Origin: Thermoanaerobaculia bacterium
GTDB lineage: Bacteria > Acidobacteriota > Thermoanaerobaculia > Multivoradales > UBA5704
NCBI GenBank assembly: GCA_035633875.1
Contig: DASQEB010000642.1
Coordinates: 1 to 49,587 of the forward strand
Length of the DNA stretch: 49,587 nucleotides
Direction: 5' to 3'
Of the stretch, positions 24,446-33,345 are shown in pieces; position 1 is the stretch's first letter, and every line of letters starts with the position of its first letter. The notes under the pieces were generated by a model, which saw only the letters and a list, made by a program, of their open reading frames with translations, was not told the origin of the DNA and ran no database searches. The position numbers were made by a program, and so were the translations under genes.

Positions 24446-27004
24446 ATGCTCGGTACGACGCTCAGCCATTACCACATCCTTCGGGAGGTCGGACGCGGCG
24501 CCATGGGCCAAATCTACCTGGCCCGCGATACGCGCCTGAACCGCAACGTCGCGCTCAAGATGCTGCCGCCGGCCCTCGTCTCCGACGAGCGGCGCCGCCG
24601 GCGCTTCGACCGGGAATCCAAGGCTCTCGCCGCGCTCAACCACCCGAACGTGGTCACCATCCATTCCGTCGAGGAGGTGGACGGCCAGCCGTTCCTGGTC
24701 ATGGAATGGATCCAGGGCCGGTCCCTGGAGGAGCTGATCTCTCCGGGAGGGCTGCCCCTCGAACGCTACCTGGAGCTCGCGATCCCCCTGATCGAGGCGG
24801 TGTCCCAGGCGCACCAGGCGGGCATCATCCACCGCGACCTGAAGCCGGCCAACATCATGGTCCGGGACGACGGAGTGCTGAAGGTGCTCGACTTCGGCAT
24901 CTCGCGGATCGAGCAGGAGACCATGATCGACGGCCACGCGGGCACTGAGAGCCTGACCGCCGAAGGACTCGTCGTCGGCACCCTCCCCTACATGGCGCCG
25001 GAGCAGTTGGAAGGCCGGCCGGTGGACCCCCGGTCGGACATCTTCTCCCTGGGGATCATCCTCTATGAGATGGCGGCGGGCGTCCGCCCGTTCTACGGCG
25101 GCAGCTCGGCTTCTCTGGTCTCCTCGATCCTTCGGGACGACCCTCTCCCGCTCTCAGGTGTGCGGGAGGCCCTGCCTTCGGCCCTCGAAGCGATCGTGGC
25201 GCGCTGCCTGGCCAAGCGGCCCCAGGACCGTTTCCAGACCGCTGCCGAGCTGCGCCAGGCCCTCCGCGCCCTCCAGCGGGAGTTGGAGCTGGGGACCGCC
25301 GCCACGGCCGCGCCGGCCCCGTGGTCGTCCTCGGCCTCGGCCCTTTCCGCGGCGACCGCCCCCACGCTGACCTCGGCGACATCGATCACCCTCCCCTCCG
25401 TGCCGACTCTTCCCACCCTGCAGGCCCCGGTGACGTCTGTGGCTCCGGGACGCTTGCGGCGCAGGCTCCCGCTCCTGGCGGCCCTGGCGGTCGTCGTGAT
25501 CGGGATGGTCGTGGCGGCCGGGCTGTTCTGGCGCGGGAGGGAGCACGAGGGCACAGCGGCCCCGTCCCGCCCGCCCAACGTGGGCACGGTCCTGCCCGCC
25601 GCGGCGCGCCCGGCCGTCTCGTCCATCGCCGTCCTCCCCCTGCGCAACCTCTCGGGGGACCCGGGGCAGGAGTTCTTCTCGGATGGGACGACCGAGGCCG
25701 TGATCGCCAATCTCGCCAAGATCGGGGGCCTCCGGGTGACCTCGCGCAACGCTGTGATGCGCTACAAGAGCCAGCAGACCGAGCTTCCCCAGATCGCCCG
25801 CGAGCTGGGCGTGGACTACCTTCTGGAAGGGTCGCTGCTGCGGTCGGGGGATGAGTTGATGATCATCGTCCAGCTCGTCGATCCCAAGACGGACAGCACG
25901 GTCGTCTGGGGAGACTCCTACAGAGGCAGCCTGGGGGACGTCTTCGCCTTCCAGCAGCAGGTCGCGGAGGCGGTGGCCCGGCAGACCAAGGGAGAGCTGA
26001 CGGCAGCCGACCTCTCCCGGCTGGGGCATGTCCAGCAGGTCGCGCCCGAGGTCTACGAGACCTACCTCAAGGCGCGCTACCTCCTGCACCAGCGGACCCC
26101 CGATGCTCTCCAGCAGGCCCTCGCCCTGGTCGACCGGGCGCTCGAACGGGACCCGACCTATGCCCTGGGCTGGGCGACCCAGGCGGAGTGCTACCTCTAC
26201 CTGACGATCGGCGGGATCTCCGCCCTGCCGCCCCAGGAAGGGTTGCCCAAGGCCCGCGAGGCGGCGCTCCGGGCCCTCGATCTGGACGAGAGCCTCTCGG
26301 AGGCCCACGCGGCCCTCGCCTTCGCCCACCTGCAGAATTGGGAGTGGAACAAGGTCGAGCGCGGGTTCCGCCGCGCTCTGGAGCTGAACCCGAGCAACGC
26401 GGACGCCTACCTCAAGTTCTCGCTCTTCCTCACCGCCCGCAAACGCCACGACGAGGCGATCGCCGCCGTCGAGACGGCCCGCCGGCTCGATCCGCACTCC
26501 GTGCACATCCGGATCACGTACACCGGCATGAGCTTCCTCGCGCGCCGATACGAGGCAGCGGCCGAGAGTGCGCGAGCGGCGATCGCCCTGCAGCCGGACC
26601 ACTGGCTCCCCCACTACCACCTCGGCACCATCCTGTCCTTCCAGGGCAAGCCCCGGGAGGCTGAGGCCGAGTTGCGGGAGGCCCTTCGCCTCAGCCAGGG
26701 CGACCCGCTCGCCCTGGCGGCCCTGGCCCGCCAGGACGCCCTCGCCGGCAGAACCGCATCGGCCCGCCGGATCGTGGCCGAGCTCGAGGCGGCCTCGCAG
26801 CGCGACTGGATCCCTCCGTCCACCCTGGCCTCCCCCCTCTTCGCCCTGGGCGAGGTCGACCGCGCTTTCGAATGGCTCGAGAAGGGCGTGGACGTCCGCG
26901 ATCAGCAGCTCGTGCTCCTGGACGTCCATCCGTTCTACGACCCTTACCGCTCCGACCTGAGATTTCAGCGCCTCCTCGCCGAGGTCGGGCTCAAGCGCGG
27001 GTGA
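24446..27004 (+). CDS. Membrane-anchored Ser/Thr protein kinase with a periplasmic-type sensor and a TPR C-terminal region
   Basis: From the ATG at 24446: LSHYHILREVGRGAMGQIYLARD..VALKML...HRDLKPANIMV...DFGISR...YMAPEQ. One TM helix (LPLLAALAVVVIGMVVAAGLFW) follows. Next is a TolB-N-like segment (IAVLPLRNLSGDPGQEFFSDGTTEAVIANL), then TPR repeats. Confidence 0.9.
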   Translation: MLGTTLSHYHILREVGRGAMGQIYLARDTRLNRNVALKMLPPALVSDERRRRRFDRESKALAALNHPNVVTIHSVEEVDGQPFLVMEWIQGRSLEELISPGGLPLERYLELAIPLIEAVSQAHQAGIIHRDLKPANIMVRDDGVLKVLDFGISRIEQETMIDGHAGTESLTAEGLVVGTLPYMAPEQLEGRPVDPRSDIFSLGIILYEMAAGVRPFYGGSSASLVSSILRDDPLPLSGVREALPSALEAIVARCLAKRPQDRFQTAAELRQALRALQRELELGTAATAAPAPWSSSASALSAATAPTLTSATSITLPSVPTLPTLQAPVTSVAPGRLRRRLPLLAALAVVVIGMVVAAGLFWRGREHEGTAAPSRPPNVGTVLPAAARPAVSSIAVLPLRNLSGDPGQEFFSDGTTEAVIANLAKIGGLRVTSRNAVMRYKSQQTELPQIARELGVDYLLEGSLLRSGDELMIIVQLVDPKTDSTVVWGDSYRGSLGDVFAFQQQVAEAVARQTKGELTAADLSRLGHVQQVAPEVYETYLKARYLLHQRTPDALQQALALVDRALERDPTYALGWATQAECYLYLTIGGISALPPQEGLPKAREAALRALDLDESLSEAHAALAFAHLQNWEWNKVERGFRRALELNPSNADAYLKFSLFLTARKRHDEAIAAVETARRLDPHSVHIRITYTGMSFLARRYEAAAESARAAIALQPDHWLPHYHLGTILSFQGKPREAEAELREALRLSQGDPLALAALARQDALAGRTASARRIVAELEAASQRDWIPPSTLASPLFALGEVDRAFEWLEKGVDVRDQQLVLLDVHPFYDPYRSDLRFQRLLAEVGLKRG

Positions 27005-27045
27005 TCGTGTAGACTCTCCGCGGGCGTGGAACGTAAGAAACTGCG

Positions 27046-28341
27046 ATGAGCGAGCTCGGCTGGAAGTACCTGACCCCGGACGACAAGGCCGCGATTCTGC
27101 GGGGGATCGAGGACGGTGTCGCCTATGGCGGCCCGTATCACGTGGAGTTCCACCCCGCGGACCGCTGCAACATCGACTGCTTCTTTTGCTCGACCGCATC
27201 CCTCCGTGGCACGGACGAGATCCCCATGCCCCGCTTCGAGGAGCTCCTGGGCGAGCTCAAGGAGGCCGGCACCCGGGCCATCCGCCTCTCCGGCGGCGGC
27301 GAGCCCCTGTTCCACCGGAACATCAAGCCCTTCCTCCAGGCCATCGGGACGAGCGGCATCCCCATCGAGAACCTCACCACGAACGCCGTCCTCCTGCGGC
27401 CGGAGATCGTGGAGCTCCTGCTGCCCGTCTGCGATCAGGTCACCATCAGCCTGAACACCGGGGACGAAGAGACCTATGGCTCGATGATGAAGACCAACCC
27501 TCGCAACTTCCAGCGGGTGATCGACAACGTCAAACACCTGGTCTCCGAGAAGCGCAAGCGCCGGCAGAAGAACCCCCTGGTGAATCTCCAGTTCCTCGTC
27601 TGGAAGGAGAATTACAAGGGAATCCCCGAGATGTACCGCCTTGCCCGGGAGATCGGCGTCGACACGATCCTGTTCAACGGCCTCTCCTTCCTCACCCCCG
27701 ACCAGCAGATGACGCCGGCCGAGACCGAGGAGATGATGGGACTTTACGAGGAGATCGTCCTCGTCGACGGCTACCGCAAGATCTCCTGCATCAACAGCTT
27801 CGAGCAGGACCTCTCGGAACACCTGGAAGCCATGCACAAGCGGGTCGGCGCCCGCTACGGCCGGATGTCCCTTCCCCGGCGGGCCGCGAGGCTCCTCCTG
27901 CGCGACGATTTCACCCTCGCCGAGAAGGTGGATCACATCAAGCGGCGCCTGGAGAGGCGGAAGATGGGCAGGGCCAACGAGGGTCTCGACAGCTACTGCC
28001 TGATCGGCTGGCACTCGATGCTCGTCCGCACCACCGGCATGGTGGCGCCCTGCTGCATCCTGCAGGGCAAGGAACTGGGCAACGTCTACAAGCAATCCGT
28101 CCGGGACGTCTGGCACGGCGAAGCCTTTCAGCAGTTCCGGCGCGAGCTCTCCCGCATCCTGCGCGAGAAGGAGTCCTGGCAGCACGATCCCGCGACCGAC
28201 CGCACCGTCGACGGCATGTGCGGCGCCAAGGGCGCCTGCCCCATCGCCACCTTCTACTACTGGCCGGACAGCCGCTTCCTGCGCTCGTTCAACGAGAGCG
28301 TGCGGCGGCTGGACGAGTTGGAACGCGGCGCGGCGGCGTAA
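27046..28341 (+). CDS. Radical SAM protein with a SPASM-type C-terminal Cys cluster
   Basis: CNIDCFFC (CxxxCxxC) at residues ~41-48, GGGEPL, and C-terminal ...CLIGWHSMLVRTTGMVAPCCILQGKELGNVYKQSVRDVWHGEAFQQFR...MCGAKGACP. It starts 41 nt downstream of the kinase stop. Confidence 0.9.
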   Translation: MSELGWKYLTPDDKAAILRGIEDGVAYGGPYHVEFHPADRCNIDCFFCSTASLRGTDEIPMPRFEELLGELKEAGTRAIRLSGGGEPLFHRNIKPFLQAIGTSGIPIENLTTNAVLLRPEIVELLLPVCDQVTISLNTGDEETYGSMMKTNPRNFQRVIDNVKHLVSEKRKRRQKNPLVNLQFLVWKENYKGIPEMYRLAREIGVDTILFNGLSFLTPDQQMTPAETEEMMGLYEEIVLVDGYRKISCINSFEQDLSEHLEAMHKRVGARYGRMSLPRRAARLLLRDDFTLAEKVDHIKRRLERRKMGRANEGLDSYCLIGWHSMLVRTTGMVAPCCILQGKELGNVYKQSVRDVWHGEAFQQFRRELSRILREKESWQHDPATDRTVDGMCGAKGACPIATFYYWPDSRFLRSFNESVRRLDELERGAAA

Positions 28342-28353
28342 CCTCACCACGCC

Positions 28354-28369
28354 CAGGGTGGAAACCCTG
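28354..28369. terminator. Small hairpin between convergent genes (CAGGGT-GGAA-ACCCTG)
   Basis: Perfect 6-bp stem with a GGAA tetraloop, 13 nt after the radical-SAM stop and 22 nt from the SDR stop. There is no clear U-tract. Confidence 0.3.
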
Positions 28370-28390
28370 CGCGATCGGAGGCTCTACCCC

Positions 28391-29173
28391 CTACCCCTGC
28401 AGCAGCGACTGCCCCCCGTCGATCCAGACCGGCGTGCCGGTGATGTGACTGGATTCGTCCGAAGCGAGAAAGAGGACGAGGCGGGCCACCTGGTCGGCGG
28501 AGCCGGGCTTGCCGTCGGTGAGCGGGATCTCCCCTTCCGGGTACTCCACCGGCTCCTTGGCCTTCTCTTCATCCCGGTGCTCGGTGTTCTCTTCGATGTC
28601 GGTCTCGATCGCCCCGGGGCAGATGACGTTGACACGGATCCTGTGCTTGGCGAGCTCCAAGGCCAGCATCTTGGTCAGGGCGACCTGTCCCGCTTTGGTG
28701 GTGGCGTAGGCCGAGGCGCCGCTGTTGCTGAACATCCGCGTGCCGTTGACGGAGGAAGTGACGACGATCGAGCCACCCTGTTTCTTGAGATGGGGCACCG
28801 CGGCCTTGATGGCGTAGAAGGTGCCGGAGAGATTGATGGCGAGCGTCTTTTCCCACTCCTCCGGCGCCAGCTCGTCGATCGGCGCCCAGACGCCGTTCAC
28901 CCCGGCGTTGGCGAAGACGACGTCGAGCCGTCCCCAGCGGTCCACGATCTCCCGGACCGCCCGCTCCATGTCCTCGTACTTGGAAACGTCTCCTTGCACG
29001 GCCATCGCCTCACCGCCTCCCTCTCGGATCCGCTCCAGCGTCTCCTCCAGCTTCTCCTTCGTCCGGCCCAGGACCGCGACCTTCGCCCCTTCAGCCGTGA
29101 AGAGCTCCGCCGTCGCCTCTCCGATCCCCGAGCCTCCCCCCGTGATGAACGCCACTTTGTCTTCGAGTCTCAT
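28391..29173 (-). CDS. Short-chain dehydrogenase/reductase (SDR) family oxidoreductase
   Basis: 260 aa with TGGGSGIG (NAD(P)-binding), NAG, S..YATTK (catalytic YxxxK) and the PGAIET motif. Confidence 0.9.
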   Translation of the reverse strand: MRLEDKVAFITGGGSGIGEATAELFTAEGAKVAVLGRTKEKLEETLERIREGGGEAMAVQGDVSKYEDMERAVREIVDRWGRLDVVFANAGVNGVWAPIDELAPEEWEKTLAINLSGTFYAIKAAVPHLKKQGGSIVVTSSVNGTRMFSNSGASAYATTKAGQVALTKMLALELAKHRIRVNVICPGAIETDIEENTEHRDEEKAKEPVEYPEGEIPLTDGKPGSADQVARLVLFLASDESSHITGTPVWIDGGQSLLQG

Positions 29174-29294
29174 ACACCGTTACCTCCGGGCGGGGAGAGA
29201 CCGCAAAGCCCGTGCCGGGAGGACCGGCTGCAACCCCGTCCCTCCCAGGGCGTACAATCCGCCCCGGAGAGGACAACCAGGAGGACCGATCGTG

Positions 29295-30536
29295 ATGGCT
29301 CGCAGATTCACAACCTTCGCCGCGGCGGCGCTCGCCGCGGTTTCGATGGGAAACATGGCCCTGGCGGCGGACTGGCCGCAGTGGCGGGGCCCCGCCCGCG
29401 ACGGAGTCGCGGCCTCGTTCAAGGCGCCGAAGACCTGGCCCGAGAAGCTCGGGAAGGTCTGGAGCGTGGAGGTGGGCGGCGGGCACTCCTCGCCAGTGGT
29501 CGCGGGCGGGAGAATCTTTCTCCACTCGCGGCAGGGGGACGACGAGGTGGTCTCCGCCCTGGACCTCGCGAGTGGCAAGGTCCTGTGGCGGGACTCCTAC
29601 CCCGCCTCCTTCAAGCCCGCCCCCGAGGCGCAGCGCCACGGCCAGGGCCCCTTCTCCACTCCGACCTTCCACGACGGACGGCTCTACGCCTTCGGCGTCA
29701 ACGGCATCCTCTCGGCCTACGACGCCGCGAGCGGCAAGCTCGCATGGCGGCGTGACTTCGGCAAGGACTTCCCCACGCCCCGGCCGTACTACGGCACCTC
29801 GCTGTCGCCGCTCCTGACCGACGGCCTCTGCATCGTCTACGCGGGCGGTCCCGGCAAGGGAGCGCTGTTCGCTCTGGACGCGAAGACCGGGGGGGTGAAG
29901 TGGCGGCTGGACGGTGACGGCTCCGGGTACGGCTCGCCGGTCGTGGCCACCTTCGGCGGCGTCCGCCAGGTGATCGTCCCCACCCAGCAGGCGATCCTGG
30001 GAGCCTCGCTCGCGGACGGCAAGCTCCTCTGGCAGATGCCCTTCAAGATCCCCTACGACCAGAACATCCTCACGCCCGTGGTGTTCGAGGACACCCTGAT
30101 CGTCTCGGGGGAGGACACGGACGCTCAGGCGATCCGGGTCGCGAAACGGGATGGGAAGTGGGCGACCGAGAAGGTCTGGTCCAACCGGCCGTCCATGATG
30201 TACATGAGCTCCCCCGTGCTCTCGGGCGGTCTTCTCTACGGGTTCGCCACCACCCGGAAAGGGCACCTCTTCTCCCTGAACCCGAAGACCGGCGAGGTGC
30301 GCTGGGCGACCCAGGGAGGCGAGGGGGATCATGCCTCCCTCGTCGCCGCCGGGGACGTCCTCTTCGTCCTCGGCAGCAATGCCGAGCTCGACGTGGTCCA
30401 GAGGACGGGGGAGGGCTACAAGCGCCTCGCCCGCTACACCGTGGCGGACAGCCCCACCTGGGCCTACCCGGTGGTCCTCGACGGCCGTCTCCTGGTCAAG
30501 GATGCAAACCGCCTCACCCTCTGGAGCCTGTCCTGA
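29295..30536 (+). CDS. Secreted PQQ-like/BamB-like beta-propeller repeat protein
   Basis: Signal peptide MARRFTTFAAAALAAVSMGNMALA|ADWPQWRGPARDG, then repeated ...G.VLW... blades. AGGAGGA lies upstream of the ATG at 29295. The upstream part of the 571-aa track ORF is antisense to the SDR gene and is an artefact. Confidence 0.85.
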   Translation: MARRFTTFAAAALAAVSMGNMALAADWPQWRGPARDGVAASFKAPKTWPEKLGKVWSVEVGGGHSSPVVAGGRIFLHSRQGDDEVVSALDLASGKVLWRDSYPASFKPAPEAQRHGQGPFSTPTFHDGRLYAFGVNGILSAYDAASGKLAWRRDFGKDFPTPRPYYGTSLSPLLTDGLCIVYAGGPGKGALFALDAKTGGVKWRLDGDGSGYGSPVVATFGGVRQVIVPTQQAILGASLADGKLLWQMPFKIPYDQNILTPVVFEDTLIVSGEDTDAQAIRVAKRDGKWATEKVWSNRPSMMYMSSPVLSGGLLYGFATTRKGHLFSLNPKTGEVRWATQGGEGDHASLVAAGDVLFVLGSNAELDVVQRTGEGYKRLARYTVADSPTWAYPVVLDGRLLVKDANRLTLWSLS

Positions 30537-30545
30537 GGTTGTAGG

Positions 30546-31463
30546 ATGGGCTCCATGTCGTACGACAGGTTCCGGCCCGCCCTCGCCCTCGGCCTCCTGC
30601 TCGCCGCCGGCTGCGGAGACCGCAAGGGCGCGGCGGTGGATCCCGGAGCGGAAACCGCGCCCGCTCCGCTCCCGCCAGCCGCCCCTCCCGCGGTCACGGC
30701 GCCCGTCGCCTCCCGGCCGGCCCGGAAGGGGTGGATCGGCGTCGTGGTCGCCCGCGAGATGGTGGACGTGACGGCCGATTCGAACGGGCGTCTGCTGTCG
30801 GTTGCGGTCGAGATCGGCGACCGGGTCCGCCGTGGCGACCGGATCGCCTCCCTCGACACGAGCCTGATTGCCCAGGACCTGGAGATGGCCCGCTCGTCGC
30901 TGCGGGCGGCCGAGGCGGACCAGAAGCGGGCAGCCGACGAACTCGCCGAGGCCCGGGCGCGCAACGAGCGGCGGCAGGCCAATCCCGACTTTTTCTCCAA
31001 GGAGGACCTCGTCGAGGTGGCGCTCCAGGCCAAGACCGCCGCCTCCGCCTATGAGGTGGCCCAGGCCCGCGTGGCCGAGCAACGCGCCCGGGTCCGCCAG
31101 CTCGAGGCGGGCCTGGCGCAGAACGTCATCCGTGCCCCCTTCGACGGCCGGGTCGCCGAGCGCTTCGCCGACCCCGGAGCCCTGGTCGGCCCCGGAACTC
31201 CGGTCGTGCGCCTGATCAGCGCCGGCGAGCTCCTCGTCCGCGCCGCCGTCCCTCCCGAGGAGGCCCGGATCCTGACCGTGGGCACGCCAGTGACCGCCAC
31301 CGTCCGCACGATGAATCTCCGCATCCCCGGCACCATCGCCCGCGTCGCCCCCGAGGTGGACGCCGCCTCGCAGATGGTCCTCATCGAGGTCCGGCTCTCC
31401 CCCACCCCCGAGGCGGACAATCGCCTCCAAACGGGACTGGTGGTGGACGTTTCCCGCGCTTGA
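30546..31463 (+). CDS. Efflux-type periplasmic adaptor (HlyD/MFP family) lipoprotein
   Basis: Lipobox LLLAAGC, then a biotinyl-lipoyl-like segment (VDVTADSNGRLLSVAVEIGDRVRRGDRIASLD), a coiled-coil hairpin and IRAPFDGRVAERF. It lies 9 nt after the beta-propeller gene. No inner-membrane pump gene follows. Confidence 0.8.
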   Translation: MGSMSYDRFRPALALGLLLAAGCGDRKGAAVDPGAETAPAPLPPAAPPAVTAPVASRPARKGWIGVVVAREMVDVTADSNGRLLSVAVEIGDRVRRGDRIASLDTSLIAQDLEMARSSLRAAEADQKRAADELAEARARNERRQANPDFFSKEDLVEVALQAKTAASAYEVAQARVAEQRARVRQLEAGLAQNVIRAPFDGRVAERFADPGALVGPGTPVVRLISAGELLVRAAVPPEEARILTVGTPVTATVRTMNLRIPGTIARVAPEVDAASQMVLIEVRLSPTPEADNRLQTGLVVDVSRA

Positions 31464-31471
31464 AGACAAGA

Positions 31472-31505
31472 AGCGCGCACGCCCTCGGGGGAGGGAGTGC
31501 GCGCT
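31472..31505. terminator. Bidirectional terminator-like hairpin between convergent genes
   Basis: AGCGCGCAC-G-CCCTC-GGGG-GAGGG-A-GTGCGCGCT. A 9-bp outer stem and a 5-bp inner stem sit between the adaptor stop (31463) and the flavoprotein stop (31530). Confidence 0.5.
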
Positions 31506-31529
31506 CGTGAAGGGCCACAGAGGCCGGTC

Positions 31530-33173
31530 CTACATCGCGACCCGGGCGAAGCCGCCTGGGATGTCCACGTCGACGGGGTCATACCGCATCTGCTGCTCGA
31601 GGTCGGCTGTCGCCAGGAGGTGCTCCATGAAGAAGTAGCGGAGGGGGGCGACGTGGGCTTCCTCCTTCTTCCACTCTCCGAAGAGGTCTTCGAGGAGGTG
31701 CTTCTCGGAGATGAGCTGCCGACCGCACCATCGGCGGATCACGGGGTGCAGGAACACGCTTTCCTCCGCCTTGCCCGGCTCGGGATTGCGGACGATGGCG
31801 AACGGATCGCCCTTCACCTTCCCGAACTCCAAGCTGATCGTGTAGTAGTGGCTGTTCTCGCCCACCTCGCTGTCCTGGACGTAGGCGAGGGGCATCTCCT
31901 CGTAATAGACGGCGTGGTCCCAGTCGTCGCGGACGACGATCACGTCGTGGAGGAAACCGTACTGCTGCCAGAGGGCGGAGCTCCGGTTGATTCGGGAGAT
32001 CACCGCCTCGACCAGGTTCTCGGGCGTGGGCTCGATCTTCCGGGAGGCCTCCCACTCGCAGTGGTGGTACTTCTTCTCCAGCATTCGGAAGAGGGAGCGC
32101 ACATTGTAGCGGAAGCCGTGAATGAAGCCGGAAGTGGACTTCTTGAAATCGTTGGCCTGGGATAACGTGCCGGTGAAGAAAAGTCCGGGCACGTTGACCG
32201 ACTCCCACTCGCTGGTCTGCGCCGGGAAGCGGTCGTTGATCGTCAGCTCGGGCCGGCACTCCTCGGCGAAAATCGAGGCGTCGAACCGGAAGCCGGTGCA
32301 GAAGATCACGCGGTCGTAGTGGAGCTCCTCGGTCTCGCCGTGGGCGTGGGAGTAGCGTACAGAGACCACGAATTCTCCATCCCGGCGCTCGATGCGCTCG
32401 ATCGTACAGTCGAGAACGGCGTTCTGGCTCTTGAGCTGATAGGTGTCGAGGAAGTTGTTGTTGACGGCCCGCAGGTGGCCGACGTAGTGGGTGGCCCAGG
32501 CGAGCTTGACCGGGTTGGGGCTCGCCACGTGGATGCAGGCCGCCGTGGGGATCAGGTTGTCGGCCGTCTCGAAGGCGGAGTTGCCCTTGCCGAGGATCAG
32601 CACGCGCTGGTTGATGAAGTCTTCCGGATCGACCGAGACGTCGACGTAGTTCTCGGCCAGCTCCGCGCCCGGGATCTGCGGCACGTAGGGCTTGCTGACC
32701 CCCGTCGCCACGATCAGCCGCTTGCACGAGAAGACGTTGCCTTCGGCGTCAAAGAGCCGGAAGCAGCCCGCCTTCTCCACTCGGATCACCCGGGTGTTGC
32801 AGCGGATGGAGAGCGCGTGGTGGTCGGCGTACTCGGAAAGGTAGCGAACGAACTCGTCGGCGGGCGGGAAGTAGCGGCGGCTGAAGTCCTTGAACAGGGG
32901 CGTACCCTCCTCCTCGCTGAGAATCGAGTTCCAGTCGTGACGCAAGTTCAACTCGGGGTCTTCAAACCCCGTGTAGACCTTGTTGACCGAGATGAGGGTG
33001 CGGTGACGGGGAAACTGCTTGAAGAAATGACCGGGAGTGTCGCCCGCCTCGAGGATCAGGTAACTGTGGCCCGCGCGGGACAGGTGGTGCCCCATCTGCA
33101 GACCGGCCGGCCCGGCGCCAAGGATGATGTACTCGTAGACAAGGTTGCCCCCCAAACCAGAATGATGGTCCAT
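31530..33173 (-). CDS. FAD/NAD(P)-binding oxidoreductase (flavin monooxygenase / Pyr_redox_3-like) with a ~150-aa C-terminal extension
   Basis: From the internal Met: MDHHSGLGGNLVYEYIILGAGPAGLQMG (GxGxxG), a second dinucleotide motif VLILGKGNSAFETA, and CTGFRFD. The ATG at 33173 is preceded by GGGGGAGA. The gene is visibly lower in GC than its neighbours. Confidence 0.8.
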   Translation of the reverse strand: MDHHSGLGGNLVYEYIILGAGPAGLQMGHHLSRAGHSYLILEAGDTPGHFFKQFPRHRTLISVNKVYTGFEDPELNLRHDWNSILSEEEGTPLFKDFSRRYFPPADEFVRYLSEYADHHALSIRCNTRVIRVEKAGCFRLFDAEGNVFSCKRLIVATGVSKPYVPQIPGAELAENYVDVSVDPEDFINQRVLILGKGNSAFETADNLIPTAACIHVASPNPVKLAWATHYVGHLRAVNNNFLDTYQLKSQNAVLDCTIERIERRDGEFVVSVRYSHAHGETEELHYDRVIFCTGFRFDASIFAEECRPELTINDRFPAQTSEWESVNVPGLFFTGTLSQANDFKKSTSGFIHGFRYNVRSLFRMLEKKYHHCEWEASRKIEPTPENLVEAVISRINRSSALWQQYGFLHDVIVVRDDWDHAVYYEEMPLAYVQDSEVGENSHYYTISLEFGKVKGDPFAIVRNPEPGKAEESVFLHPVIRRWCGRQLISEKHLLEDLFGEWKKEEAHVAPLRYFFMEHLLATADLEQQMRYDPVDVDIPGGFARVAM

Positions 33174-33345
33174 CTGTCTCCCCCCATAAGAGATCGCCGT
33201 GTCAACCGAGCGGAATGCCTGCCACCTGGCTGGGGCTTCCGGTGCTGCGACCGCCACGACGGATAAGAACTGCAACCTGTTCGCACATAGAGTGGCGTTC
33301 GAGAGTGAGAACGGGACACTTTTCGTGACACCTGCCTGCAGGTTG

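Noticed and set aside
25154-27199. 681-aa minus-strand ORF opposite the Ser/Thr kinase
   Set aside because: It is antisense to a kinase with all catalytic motifs and has low-complexity, Arg/Gly-rich composition.
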